This document shows, piece after piece, positions 1 to 13,300 of a stretch of DNA of 64,000 bases. Below the pieces are notes generated by a model. That model was not told the DNA's origin. It made no database searches and saw only the letters and a list, made by a program, of their open reading frames with translations. The translations under genes were made by a program, and so were the position numbers. Numbering within the stretch: the first letter of the stretch is position 1; the number at the start of each line of letters is the position of its first letter. The stretch lies in contig FLMG01001949.1 of assembly GCA_900088475.1 (NCBI GenBank), forward strand, positions 1-64,000, given 5' to 3'. This DNA comes from Hyphochytrium catenoides. Taxonomy: Eukaryota > Protista > Hyphochytriomycota.

Positions 1-100
1 AGAGAGAGAGAGAGAGAGTAGCTAAAGAGAGAGGAGTTATGAGAGAATCAGAGACGCAGAGATAGACAGAGAGAGGATAAGTGAGAGAGAAACAAGAGGG
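1..100. repeat. (AG)n microsatellite, degenerate
   Basis: Runs of agagag from base 1, interrupted by point changes. Confidence 0.9.
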
Positions 101-224
101 AGAAGAGTATGCGATGCCTGTCCAAAGTTGCTGTTCAGTTGGCTCAACCGATAATTTCTAACGGGCACCAGACGGAGCACACCAGGAGCCAAGAGAGACA
201 GAGCCTCAGTCGAGCCCAAACCTC

Positions 225-296
225 CCCTTTCTCTGACTCTCTCTCTCTTTCGGTCTTTCTCTTTCTCTCTCTCTCTCTCTCTCATGTCCTCTCTCA
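225..296. repeat. (CT)n microsatellite
   Basis: ctctct tracts, nearly pure at 263-283. Confidence 0.9.
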
Positions 297-701
297 GCGA
301 CATCTGATCGCCCTCTTGCCACTGCACTGCGCTGCCTGAGTTGGATGCTACATTTCTTGGATGACTGAAGGCATGTTTCTTCCCCAGCAGCCTCAAGTGG
401 ATTGATTGAGTACCTGGTTCGCGCTTCGCAGATTTTCCCATTGGCGGCAGAGATTGTTGGAGGCTGTGCATAAAGAGACGGAGACTCTCTCTCGGACAGA
501 TCACCAATCTGCAGTCTTTAGCTCTTATCTTCCTTTTTGTGGGCTCTATTTTCTGAGAGATTGTAGTTCCTGATGGGACGGTGAGCGTTAGGATGGTGCC
601 TGCGGCGTGCCGATAGTTCAGCTGAGACAGTGATAGGTGCCACGTGCGCCCTTCGCCTTTAGAGAAGAGCTCACGCTCAGCCGTGACAGATATTTTTCAG
701 A

Positions 702-3700
702 ATGGCGAGAACAAGAGTTGGTCTCGTAACTCTGTTTATTTTTGCTGCTATCGCATCTGTTAGTCCAGTCAATAGGTGCGACATCGGAAGACTTGGCTAT
801 TCGAGCTCGTTTCTTCTGTCCCTTACTAATCATCTTTCTTCTCTTCTTCTCTCTCATCATAACCCTCCCGTACTGCGGCTTGACTACGGCGGTGCTCCAC
901 TATCCTCTGGCACTTGTTTTGTCTGTCTTGATCTATGAGCTGATGGATATTGTGCCTTTGCTTTACAGTCAAAACATTAGGAGACGCCTTAACCCCACCT
1001 TTGCTGGTGTCAGCGCTGGCCGTGAGACAGACCCCTCCAAGTCCTTTTCTCCAGCTCTTCTTGTGAACACCACCGCCAACAGTACTGAGACCGACAGCCC
1101 AGTAGAGACCGAAACACCGCAGACTCAAGTGCCCGGCAACCCTTCTGTTGCTCAAGGCACTCCGGAGGGCACCTCTTCTCCCAGTCCGGCCCAGGCAACA
1201 CAGCAAGATGGGAATAGTAGCACTTGGCAAGCATGGCAGAGCATCATTTTCTACGTTATGATCGGCGTGCTGGTTGCCTCTTGCGGTATTTATAATACCT
1301 GCTTTAGGCAGAGGTTCGAGCATGACAGTTATAATCACATGCCAGAGGAGATGACCTTTAGGCATGATCTTATAGAGAGGTAAGTGTCCGTCAGATCGGG
1401 CAAGGTCTCTGTGATGATCTATGCTCTTGAGCGTAATTCACTCTCTTCCTATAAGGAATTGTTCTTGACGCGGTCTTCACAGCTCATCTCTAATTCTAAC
1501 ACCTTTTGACTTTCTTCAGCGAGACCGAGATCGCCGCCATGTGGGTGTGCGACGTTTGTGCCTTCCACAACTATCAGCAAAAGTCGACGTGCATGCTCTG
1601 TGGCTCAGATAAGGGTAACGCTGGTGCAATCAATACCTTTCTTGTGATCCGTCACTCACCGTTTATTCCCGTATCGTTAGGCTACCTTGCTTCACATCGT
1701 AAGAGTGAGTCCGAGTTTACGAAGAGCAAACTGGCGGATAGAACAAGTTCTGCGAGCCAGGGAACTTCTGCAGGCTCGTTTGTTACTAAGAAACTTTCGG
1801 CTCTGAACCAGAGGCAGCTTGGTGCCAGGTGAGTGAACAAGAAGATGAGAGAATGACCAGGAGCAAGCGACTTACTATTCATGCTATTTTTCTCTCAATA
1901 TCTCATCTTTGTGCGGAGCAGAAAACGCCATGAATGGAAACGGAAGATCAACCAGGACGGTATGCTGGTCTGGGTGCGACGAGGGGTGCCAAAGAATGCG
2001 AAACTGTCGGCTCTCCGCCTATCCGGCAAGGAGGAGGTTGAGCGGTCATCCGCGTCCAGCGCAGGTTCTGTGGCCTTCGTCAGCAGACTTGTCTCCGCTG
2101 AGAATCCCATCGAGGGCCGGCTGACATTTGATTTGGCAGAGGGTAAGTCGAAGGATGGACATCTAGAAGAGCATCGGTTAGCAGTATCTGTTTGGGCAAA
2201 ATAAGGAATTGATTGGCCTTGGCATAATCTAGCATGCAAGTCTTACCCGTTTCTTTCCCTCAGGAGCGACAATTACTACTGTTCCTCGGCAAGGTCTCCT
2301 GTCCGCCTTTGACCTCCAGCAGGTAGCTGCTCTTCCTTTCCGACGGAAGCACGCGTGGTTCATGCAGCAATGCGCCAGCCTAGAAATTCCTTGGGAGTAT
2401 GGGCACATGATGATAGAAGTGGACAGAGAGAACCTNNNNNNNNNNNNNNNNNNNNNNNNNNNNNNNNNNNNNNNNNNNNNNNNNNNNNNNNNNNNNNGCT
2501 CAGAGGAGTGCAGCGAGGACCACTTGATGGTAGGAGGACAAACTGTTCGGCCTGACCCGCTTTCTACATTGGATCTCACTCCTCCGTGCTTGCGTTGACC
2601 TTCTTCCACAGTACTTCCACGCAATTGGGCGATTTCTTGGGCGTGCTCTTTTCCAGGGTCACCTAGTCCCGGCACACCTCTCTCTGCCAATATACAAGCA
2701 CATCCAGGGCATTCCTCTTTCCTTCTCGGACCTCCAGTTCCTGGACATTGAACTGTACAACTCGCTCAAATGGATGAAGGACAATTCGGGAACTGATGTC
2801 TTGTGCCTTGACTTCAGGTAGACCAGCTCATCCTTGCCTAGCCCTTCAGCGGTTCTACCCGCTCATTGCGTCGTACATTTGCTTCTTTTAGATAGCCTAC
2901 TTCTATTTCTTGGTCTTGCCCAATTAGGGCTATGTAGCCTGACTAACTAGCACTTCTCTGCCCTTCCTATTGTCAATTGGGGGTCGCACGTCTCGTCTTC
3001 AGTGTCGTTATGCCATTCGTGGACGGGCAACGGGTAGTGGACCTTAAGCCGAACGGTCGGTCAATAGAGGTGACGGACGAGAACAAGCACGAATACATCG
3101 ATTTGCGAACCAAATGGATTTTGGTGAGGAGCATTTCTTCGCAGCTCGCAGCTCTCATGAAGGGCCTGTTTGACGTCATCCCGCCTGAGTTGCTTGCGGT
3201 GTTTGACCATCAGGAGCTGGAACTCCTCATGTGTGGTAAGTGCCTCTCGTTGTGCAGTACTAGTTGCAATGAAGCAAGCATAACAATAGCTCCGCTGTTG
3301 CTCCCATCTTTCTTCTTTACTGCTCTTCTTCAATTAGGTGTCCCTGAAATTGATGTAGACGATTGGCAATCGAACTCTCAATACTTTGGAGAATTTTCTC
3401 CGCAAGTAGTGGAGTGGTTTTGGGAAGTGGTGCGCTCCTACGACATGGAGCAAAGGGCGCGCTTGCTACAGTTCACAACAGGTTCTGCCAGAGTGCCCGT
3501 ACAGGGATTTAAGGTGAGCATTGCACAGTCTCTTTCAATACTCGTGAGCTTTGCCGCGTCATAGTCACGTCCTCTAGCGCCTGTCTGGTCTATCAATTCC
3601 TCGGTATAGATATCTTGGATCCTCACGATATGTCCGCCACATTAACGCTACGTGGTATGATGTCTTAGGCGTTAACCATGAACGATGGCCGAGTTTGTCT

Positions 3701-3953
3701 CTTCACTCTCCAAAGCATTACGAAGGAGGATTCTATTTATCCGAGAGCGCACACATGCTTTAATCGGTAAGTGCGCCAAGGACCTCGAATGACCTGGATC
3801 ATCAGCCGCTAACCTCTGCCCTTTCCCAAATTCTCTGTTTATGCCGCGCCGTTTCTTAGGATTGACCTCCCTAGTTATTCTACTAAGCAAGAGCTGGAGA
3901 CTGCTTTGACACTGGTCATCAACCTTGAAGTGACTGGCTTCACAATAGAGTAG
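702..3953 (+). CDS. Multi-exon HECT E3 ubiquitin ligase with signal peptide, S/T/P-rich ectodomain, TM helix and RanBP2-type zinc finger
   Basis: Exon 702-775 (MARTRVGLVTLFIFAAIASVSPVN) splices through GT-AG intron 776-968 into SQNIRRRL. TM helix IIFYVMIGVLVASCGIY, then intron 1380-1519, then WVCDVCAFHNYQQKSTCMLC. HECT motifs: YFHAIGRFLGRALFQG, VFDHQELELLMCG, EWFWEVV, RARLLQFTTGSARVP, catalytic PRAHTCFNR (3741-3766). Stop TAG at 3951-3953. A possible micro-exon ATG GGA CG (573-580, intron 581-700) would add MGR. Confidence 0.9.
2436..2497. other. Assembly gap inside the HECT N-lobe
   Basis: Run of N. The usual F.GE.G.D.GG..REW segment of HECT domains is not seen on either flank, so the true gap is probably longer. 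Confidence 0.9.
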
Positions 3954-4363
3954 ACAAGTTGTATCATTAGTCCGATAGTTGTCGCCATCTGATAGTTCCT
4001 TATCCCTTTTGCCCACCACCTCCTCCTTTGGACCTCGCTGAATGTACACGCCCTCCTTCCATTGCTGTCTTACAGCTTGGAGCATACTTATTTATTCTCA
4101 ATATATAAAAAACGCTAAACAGAATGTCTATACTGTCCTCTAATCAGAGACATCCACTCTTGTGCCAACACCGTCTAAAAGTGCTATGATTAGCTATGGG
4201 AAGTGCCACGGACTCATGCACTGAAGAAAAATAACTTTCTTGGTGACCAGGGTGTTGGCAGCACTTTGCTTTTTACCCAGCGCTGTTGGTGCTTCATTAA
4301 ATCAATCAACGATCGCCAAGGTCAAACTCCAGCATACCATAGACGAAAATCTAGCAGCTTCAG

Positions 4364-7300
4364 CTACTCTCCTTTAAGATAAAAGACCCATGGAGGCATG
4401 TCAAGGTCGCTTCTACTTCTAACTAAGAGCTTGCCAGAAGCAGGCCCAGTAGCCCCTGCAGGGGGAGAGAACTTCACGATGATCTGCTTCGTCCCTCGGG
4501 AGTCCACCTTCAGCTGTGACCCCGCAAGCGAAAAATCCTTATTGTCCACAGAGAGGGAAAACTCTTCTGCCTTGTTGAAGACATTGCGGAAATTGATGGC
4601 GCACTGACCTCCTGGACTAATAGTGAAGGGGCCTTGGGGAAGAGGAGGAGAACATGTGCCGAGCAAAGGCACCACGTACTTGCCCGCTGTAGGGTGACTA
4701 AGAGTTAGGGAATCCCTGGCTTCTCCAAGGGCCGATGGTTCAAAGTANNNNNNNNNNNNNNNNNNNNNNNNNNNNNNNNNNNNNNNNNNNNNNNNNNNNN
4801 NNNNNNTCAACGCTAAAGAAGTCTGGGTGGCCCACTGAGCAAGCAAACTCCAGCGGACCTTGTCCGTAGGCCACGAATTTATATGTCTGGACATGCGTCT
4901 CTCCTAGGTGACTCTTAAAGTGTAGCGCACGTTCTGAACCTGGTGGAGAGGTGATCAGAGAAAGCTTGTAAGGGAATATCCCTAATTCCTTGCATCTTAT
5001 GACTAAACTGCACTCAGTAGGTGCAGAGGTGAGTAGCAAAGGGCGGTATTCGACTTCGAAGCTGCCCTCAGAGCGCCCAGACATATCACCAAGCTGCCTC
5101 ACACGGACCAAGGGAGAGGAACACTCCCACCACTTGTCTTCAAAGGTGACAACAGATGATGGTGGCAGTGGATTGTCCACAGTGATCACCTTGCGGCAGA
5201 TTTGTCTAAGAGGCGCCTCCATAACTATGGTCTCACTTGCCTCTGGCTCTGTCACCTCCACCACCACAGCCCAAGTGATATACTCTCGAGTCTCCTGGTT
5301 CTCGAAAGTCACGTTAAATTTCACTGTGGACTGCTTGAAGGCATAGAACTTTAGTGTGTAAGGCTTGCTGTTTAAGGGTGGAACGTCCACTGCCTGAGCT
5401 CCTTCTATGCGAACGGACAGGTCAGACGGATCGAGAGAGTTCCTCACGTGGAACCGCTGTGGAACTTTGAGCCAGTTTTCCACTGACAGGGAGATGGGGA
5501 GACAGCAGCGCGCAGGCGTGGTGACCTTCACTGTGCCAGAGAGGTCAGGCTCGGAAGCAGAGCCAATGAGCGAGAAAAGAAGAGCTGTGCCGTCAGGTAT
5601 AGAGAAGAAGAGGCTGCCTTTATGCTCCGGTATCGTCCCGTCAGCGGCTGGCACCGTCATAGAGAGAGGATGGTAGACCACTTCTATCTCTGTCTTGCCC
5701 TTAGCAGGCACATGAACAGTCTCCTGTAGGAGCCAATGCTCTCCATTTACCACTGGGAGGAGGTTCCATACCTGCTCTGAGGGATTTGTCAATGTGATCT
5801 TCTGCCTATCGTGGCCTCTGGCTTTAGCCCTAAACCTCAACTCTTTGATAGAAGACTCTGGATGCGGCACACAGGCACCTGTCAAATTCAGCACCAAGGC
5901 AGAGTGGCCCTCAATGTAGCAGCGCACGTTGGAGACATTGATGTCACTGTTAATCTTTTGCGGCTTGAATGTGACTTCAAATTTTAAATCTTTCTGAGGG
6001 AGTATCACGCCTTCGATGGGGGAAATGCTGAAGTCTGCCCCTAAAAGGCTCTGGTCCCACCTGAACTTGGCAAGCACATCTCCCTTGTTCTCCATCTAGA
6101 CAAAAGGAACCCTTAGATCGTGGTCTGTATCTCTTTCGGTGTGAGTGTATGGTGATGCATAATCTTGCTACGAGCATGCCGTATCACTTGGAAACCTATT
6201 TGGCCTCTGATGCGAGGAAGGAACCTTACCTGGAGTTTCCTTGTGAGCTGACTACCAATGACCACCGGACCGAAGGGTAACGCATCGCTCTCCAGCTGTA
6301 CACTAATGCCTTGGCAAGCGCCAGAGAGTAGAAGAAGCTTCTTCGTCAAGCCTGCCACGGCATAGTGTAGTTCACCCGTAAACGGTTGCACTCTCTCTTT
6401 TGGAGAGAAGCTGAGATCAATGTTTGCTGACTCTCCTGGTTTAAGAGAGAAAGGAAAACGAGGACCGAAGGCGACAAAACGCTCTGCCAAGGTGCCCTCG
6501 TTGCCCGCTGGAGGCTCCACAAGTGCCACTTCTGCCGCTCTTTTAGAGCGATTGACCAATTTGACACTTCTTTGGGCTTGCTGACCAACCTGCAGTACAC
6601 CGAAGTCCACATTTTGGCTAGAAAGAGACCCAAGCTCCACCTTAGCTGCGGTGCCCTCTCCCATAACCACAACGTTTATAGTGGTAGTGCTATTTACAAG
6701 GAAAGGCACCTTCTCCGTATATATCTTGAGCTCTCGAGGATTGAAGAGAATCGGGACGTCAATGGATCGCAACGGGGCTAGAAGCAGCGGTTCGCACTTG
6801 ACTTCTAAATATGGCTTTTTCTGGAAGAGACAGTCCAAAGTAATGTCGTGCTCAGGGTCATTGTTCGTCACCTTCAGTATGACCTGAGTTGAGACGCAGA
6901 CCCAGAGTCAGTTATGCTACAGTGCGGGAATGTTTAGATAGAAGGGTGATAGAGAAGGTAGTAGCCTAGGGTGCCTGAGAGTCATAACATTGAACCCGTG
7001 CGGTTAATGTGTCACGAGGCACGTTATTAGGCCATAATAGAGTAATAGATACCCATGCTCCTGAAGACCTTACCTGTTCCACCTGCGGCACTCCTCCCGG
7101 TGCCGTAATAAAGCACGGCCCAAAGTCATATGACTCAAAAGAGAAGTTTACGGCAGGCTTTACACCGCAGCCCTGCACTGTGATGACATACTGTCTTGCA
7201 CCTGCGGTGGTACAGACGAGCCTCACATCTTCCAGAGGCCTATCAGTAAGTGGAGAGAAGGTGGCACTGCACACTACTCTCTCGCCCTTCTTAACCACGC

Positions 7301-10300
7301 CTGACTCGGGTGTGACGGTGACCATAGGATTCTTGCTCTTACTCCAAATGAAGTCAAAGTTGAACCGGCCCGTGTTCACAATAACGACTTGCTTGACCTT
7401 TTTCTCATTGACCTTCACCGTTCCAAAGTCCATATAGTTCTGGCTGCCCAGATGCAAGACCTGGACGGGACTATTGGCTGCTGCGGTGTCATCCTGCAAA
7501 AGGAGCTGGGGAGACGAAGAAGGCGGAGATTAAAGCACAGCGGTTAAGTGATGAAGAGGGGACAATAAGTTAGGGACCACTAGAAGGAGAAATAGTGGAA
7601 AGGAAAAGAGCAATGTTCATAACGCGAAAAAGAGGGAAATAGAAGGGAACCCGACTTGTCCTTACCATAAGGAGGACGACCGCCAACGAAAAATAGCAAC
7701 TCAACTTAGAGACCCAGCTACAAGGTCTTACCTGGTCATGTATGGCATACCCTTCTCCTTTGATGTTCAAGGTGAGCCTTTGAGCCTTCTTCTTTACTAG
7801 ACACACGACATTGTAGTTATGGCTCTTCTCCTCCTTTGGCGAGAACCTTACTTCAAGAGGGAGCTGCCCCTCTGGAGGAATAACCCCTGACATTGGGGAT
7901 ATCTGTAAAACAGGAGTCCCCTCATCCTGGGTGCCCTCCGCGTCTAGTGACTGCCTGTCTATATTGAAGGCAAACGGGATATGTTCTTGATTGACAAGGC
8001 ACACTGTCTCTGAAGCAAGGCCAGTTAAAAGCAGTGCTCCAAAGTTAATCCCTCCTCTGTTGAAGGAGACACGAGGCTCGTTGACAGAGCCTACGAAGAG
8101 GAAGAGCTCAGAAATGTTAAACTGAGGGATCTTGAACCTGTTTGGCGGATGCGCAGGGATAAGTAGGAATGAAAGGAGTTAGATCTCTTGTCATATTGCC
8201 CCATTAATCTCTGTCGTCCTCTTTGTCATCTTTCAACTCTACCCCCCACCGCCTCGTATCCTGCTTGACACCAAAGGCTCTCTCTCTCTCTNNNNNNNNN
8301 NNNNNNNNNNNNNNNNNNNNNNNNNNNNNNNNNNNNNNNNCTCTCTTTCTTTCTCTCTCTCTCTTTCTTTCTCTCTCTCTCTCTCTCGGTCTCTCTCTCT
8401 CTCTCGCGTCAACGTTAGTCCTACCTCCAGAAGCTCTCTTTTAAGTTAACATCCACTGGAGTGAACTCAAACGCCATTTCAAACTTCTTTCCCGCTAGCA
8501 TGAGTCCCTTCTCCGAAGCGCACCGGAAGGCTGGACTACTTTCACCCTCTGGTTCCCACACAAACTCATAAGACACATTTGTCGTGTTTACGACGTAGAA
8601 TCTCTTCGTATTCTTGACCTTGATGCCGAGAGAGTCAATCTCAAGGACGTGGATTGAAGTGTCCAATGGGCCCAGTTCTCCATGGGGCCCAGGTAACTCG
8701 GGAGAGCGATGCTGGGCGTAGTCCGATTGAGGGACCTCGAAGTGGCAGATAGGGCGATAAGCCGATCCTGTGGTAAGGATCTCCATACCCTTGTAGACAG
8801 GAGTGCTGGCAGAGCTGCGGCATCGGAAAAGAAAGCGCATATCATCAATCTCTACGGGAGTGAAAGTCACGACAAAGGTGGCCGTCTCCAGAGGAAGTAT
8901 CCGTCCGGACTGTGGGCTAATGGCGAAGGGGCACGGAGGGGAAGTCTTGTCTCCTCCGACGTAGGAGGCCTCCCAAACATACGGCATAGAGATCTGGCTG
9001 AGGTTTCTCACCGTAAATTTATGAGAACGGGTTCGAAACATCGCTGTCGAACGGAAATTTAACTCCTTGATGGAGCATTCGTACGAAAGAGCGTCGGCTG
9101 CCGCAGAGACCTTCAGGATCATGTCAGAAGAAGGAGAGAGTGCGGTGAAAGAAGGCTCCTTGAGCGTAGTGTCCACTCGAGCTGAGAGGGGAGGTTGCGC
9201 TTCGGAGGGCGACGAAGTAGGGAAATGAACTTCTCTTCTGGAGTCATCCCAGCTATTCTCTTCGTGCCTCTCCAGGTTGATTCGTTGCACGATTAGCTTG
9301 AATTGTTCGGCCTTAAACGAGAGAGCCGGCAAAGGAGACAATCCTTCCTCTCTACTCTCTCTCTTCACGATGAAACTCACAGTAGCCTGTTTGGCTTCAT
9401 TAGGGAACAGATGTCCAGCGGATGGGGAAAAGGAGAAGTAGGGATGGGAGGGCCACTGGAAACGGACGACATCTTGAGAGTTATTCTTCAGAGTTAACGT
9501 CTTATCGGTCTGGAAGACGCCGGATGACGAGGATGTCAAAGAAGAAAGATCCATGTCCTCAAAGACAAGTTCGTCACCAGCCTCCGAAGATAGGTCTTCA
9601 AAGGTGATGATGTCTTGGAAGGCGTGCCCTGTCAACCTCAGCACTGTGTCCTCGAACTGGTTCTGGATGACGCTGATCTTCATCTCGCACTTCTCACCTT
9701 CGGAGCTCCCCACTGCTGCATCTCCACCAGATCTCTGCCCGACTTCATGAGGAGAGTAGAAAAGGAAAAGTGTTTCACTCTGCTTTGGCTCTAGCTTGAT
9801 GGAGGCATTTCGGCCAGCTGAGAAAGAGAAAGACGGATGCGAGGGCATGGAGAACAGGACCGTCGATGGCACAAGTCCGTCGTTTCGCAGCACGAGGGGA
9901 AGCTGCTTCTTCTTTCCTACCCTGACTCGGTCAAACTGCAACAGTAAGGCCCCGTCCGCGTCAGTCTTGGATGGCTTCTCTATAGTTACGCAGGGCAAGG
10001 TTCCCTCGCCTGCATGGAAGTAAGGACGTTGGATGAAGCAGGAACGTCAGCAGGGGTAAGTGTTCATGGGCGGGCGAAATCAGTGAAAGGTTGTTAGGAG
10101 AGTGGACAGTTCGAGGTTTCCGAACACCTAGCCTCACTAAGTGACCTAGAGAGAGCGTAATGCCCCTCCGGCATGTCAGGAAAGACCTCTAGTACCGGGC
10201 TCCTACTCACCAGCCAGTTCGAACTCCAACTTATTGGTGGTAGGATCCGATCCATCCTCCACAGAAGCAACGAATTGCCCTCCATACTGTTGGAGGAGTG

Positions 10301-13300
10301 TTGGCCTAAAATAAACCGAGATGTACCGGTACTCATGAGGAGGGATGTCGAGGCTAGTAGGTTGGACAGAGAACGCATCTGAGCTCTTTATACCTACGAG
10401 TTCCCAGACGAGCGAGTTTGAAAGCGTCAGATTGGAGCCTAGAGCATAAGGAAGGATATACATCGGCGAGAATCTACCTCTAACCCAAAAACAATGACTA
10501 TATCAAGAAGATGGATAATTAGCGGAAGGGGAAGCTATGAAATGACCGCTAGAATGCACCTAGTAACGTCAAGGAGCTTACCAAGGGCATGTGGTTTGAC
10601 CTCAAAATTCACATGCGCTTTGACCTTCGTAGGATTACTGATTCGGAACTTCTGTTGCACGCCGTTCGGGTGGGAGGAAGGCACGATGGCACCAAAGAGG
10701 AAAGTCCGCTCTTCAATGACGAATATGCCATCTTTCTTTTCTCCTTCTCCTAGAGATCGAATGATACGTTGCTCCTCAAAGATTGACTCAAAGTCCGTGG
10801 TGTTGATGCCTGGAAAGCAGCTCTCTCCCACCAGTTCGTAGTGCAGACTTTTGGTCTGCTCACTGTCTTCGTGGTCCCTACCACTGATCTCTATCAAGAT
10901 GTCCTCTCGGTACAAGTGTTCATCCTTTGGAAGGAATTTGATCTAGTAGAAAGGAGCAACCCAGTTGTAGGCAACATTAGCCTACATTTATCAACCTAAT
11001 GCTGGATATACAGCTGAACAACAGTCCACACGTTGAGATCTAAGGAGCTAAGGAGGCCAGTAGACTTCGACTTACCTCTATAATGGCCATAGCGCCTGGC
11101 ACAAGCTTCCCGCTTCTGGGACTCATCTCAAATTGTCCCACTCTGAAAGAAGTGTTGGAATCCACTTTGCTGATGTCCTTCGTGCTTTCCCTTGCTTTCT
11201 CCACTGTAGTCTTAGAGCCATCGAAGAGGCAGAAGTTGAACTCAAATTCGCCCTCATTCTTGATCTCCATGCGTTTGTCTTTGGGAATATCTTTGTAGCT
11301 CATCGCGCCGAAGTTTATTCCCCTAGAGTTTAAAGGTGCGCGTCGATTGAACAGTATGAGATGGGGGAATATGAAGGCAGCAATGTGCAGTTAACGAATT
11401 CTGTACCGGCTGGGCTGGATGCGGAACTTGCTGAAAACTGAGCGCACGGAGAGCTGCAGATTGAATTCGTGATGTTGCTCGCCGGTGCTGCCTTCCATGA
11501 TAAGGCAGCGGATGTCTTTATTGTCGCGGAAAGTGACTTCGGCCGAGGATTGGAAGCGGACCACAATCTTCTTCACCTACAGACACAAAGCATGATGAAG
11601 TGAGAAGTCGGAGTAAGTGATAAGCTTGTTTAAGTAGGTAGAGGTATTGACAAATATGGTTTCGGCAGGCGGAAGAAAGCTGTGGGGAGAACAAAGCATG
11701 AGAGTGAGAGGACAGCCAAGTTCATGGTGAGCTCATTGTTACATAAGTTGGAGTTGCGGACGTCATCATCCTTGAGGCGCTTACTGACCTCTCCAGGGTC
11801 CAGGGAACCCTCCATTGGCTCCACCTGAAACACTTGCGCTGTAGTCGCCTTTCTGATGTTAAACTTATATCTGATGGAGTATTTGCCTTGATTCCGCATA
11901 TTATAGTGACGAACATCGGTGTCTCCTACGCGGTGAAGCCCGAAGTCAAACACTCCGTCCAGTCTCTCCCCTTTATCATCCTCGAAGGAGCAAACGTCAA
12001 TCTTGTACGCCTCGGCGAGACACTTTATTTTTAGAGTCTGCGTCCTCGGATCCACAGGGTTGAGCTCGCTCTCAGCGTCTGCATATATGACTAGTAGGTT
12101 CCCGTTAAAAACTCTTTCCTCTCGTGCAGTGAACTGGACTGTGATCCTGGTCTCTTGATCTACATTTAAGGAAGCAAATAATTAAGCGTATGTGAGAACC
12201 TGAGGAAGCGCTGAACTCCAGTTGCGGTCCACAACTGATACCTGGCTTTGTGATCCCACGCGAAGGAGTTACACTGAACTCTTCCGTTAGACCGCTAGCG
12301 GGGTCCACAGAGACTAACCATGCGACTGGGACGGACGAGGTATTTTTGATGACGAAGGTCTTTTCTTCCTGTCTTCCTAACAGTAGGCGATCGAAGTCAA
12401 TCTTCCTCCAGCTTTCCCAGTCCAATGAGCCTTCCTGTTCGGTCTCTCCGGTCGATGGAGGCTTAGCTACGGAGGGCTCTCCTTTTCTAGCGCTTTTCTT
12501 GGAGCTTGGACGAACGATTGCTCCTCCTGCCTCGGTGCTTCTAGACGTCGTCTTGGCTGGCTCTTCCCAAGGTCCAAGAAGGTCAATGTGTGGCTGAGAT
12601 CCTGCACAGCTGAAATTGAAGACTACAGGCTCTGGATTATCTCGGATGCAGCATATGAGCTGATCCTCGTATTCTTTACTTTCTTGAGGGAATGCCCATA
12701 CTTCAACCTCGGCTGTTTCTCCTTCAGGAAGCGTTAGACTCGATGGTCGGACCCTGAAAGCTCCGGATGAGCTCTTTCCGCTTTGGCTCATGACTGACAG
12801 CATCTGCAATTCTACTTTTGCCTCAAACTTGCTGTTGTTAGACAAGCGAATGATCTCTTTATGAGCCACAAGAGAGGGTTCGAAGAGACTCTTATCCTTC
12901 ACTTTCTCAATTAAGGAGAAGTCTTTGCCGGAGAGAAGCGGGCCAAACTCAAAAACTCCCTTGCTAACGACAAACTTTTTCTGCACAATGGTGCTCTCCT
13001 GCTTGCTCTTCACTCTCCGCATAAAGACATTCCTTGGATCACTGTTGATCGAAGGCGTCGCGCAGTTTCCAAAGAGAAAGAGTGAGTACTCTTTTGACGG
13101 ATTACCTAATATCTCAAAGCCCATAGTCGTAGAGAGCTTCCCGATAGTGTCGGACGAAAATTCTATTGTCAGGGAGACCGATTCTTTGGGCGGAAGAATC
13201 CAACGAACTTTTCGCGCAGCAACCAAAGCCTCTAAACCAGAACCGCTTGATTTGGTCGATTGAGAGAACGAGGAACTTTCATCCGGGACCAGACGGAAGC

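Noticed and set aside
37-507. ORFs 37-507 (-) and 109-339 (+)
   Set aside because: Their ER/SL-rich content is translated (AG/CT)n microsatellite.
4740-4894. Apparent frameshifts in hydin and TOP2
   Set aside because: Both coincide with N-gaps of arbitrary length.
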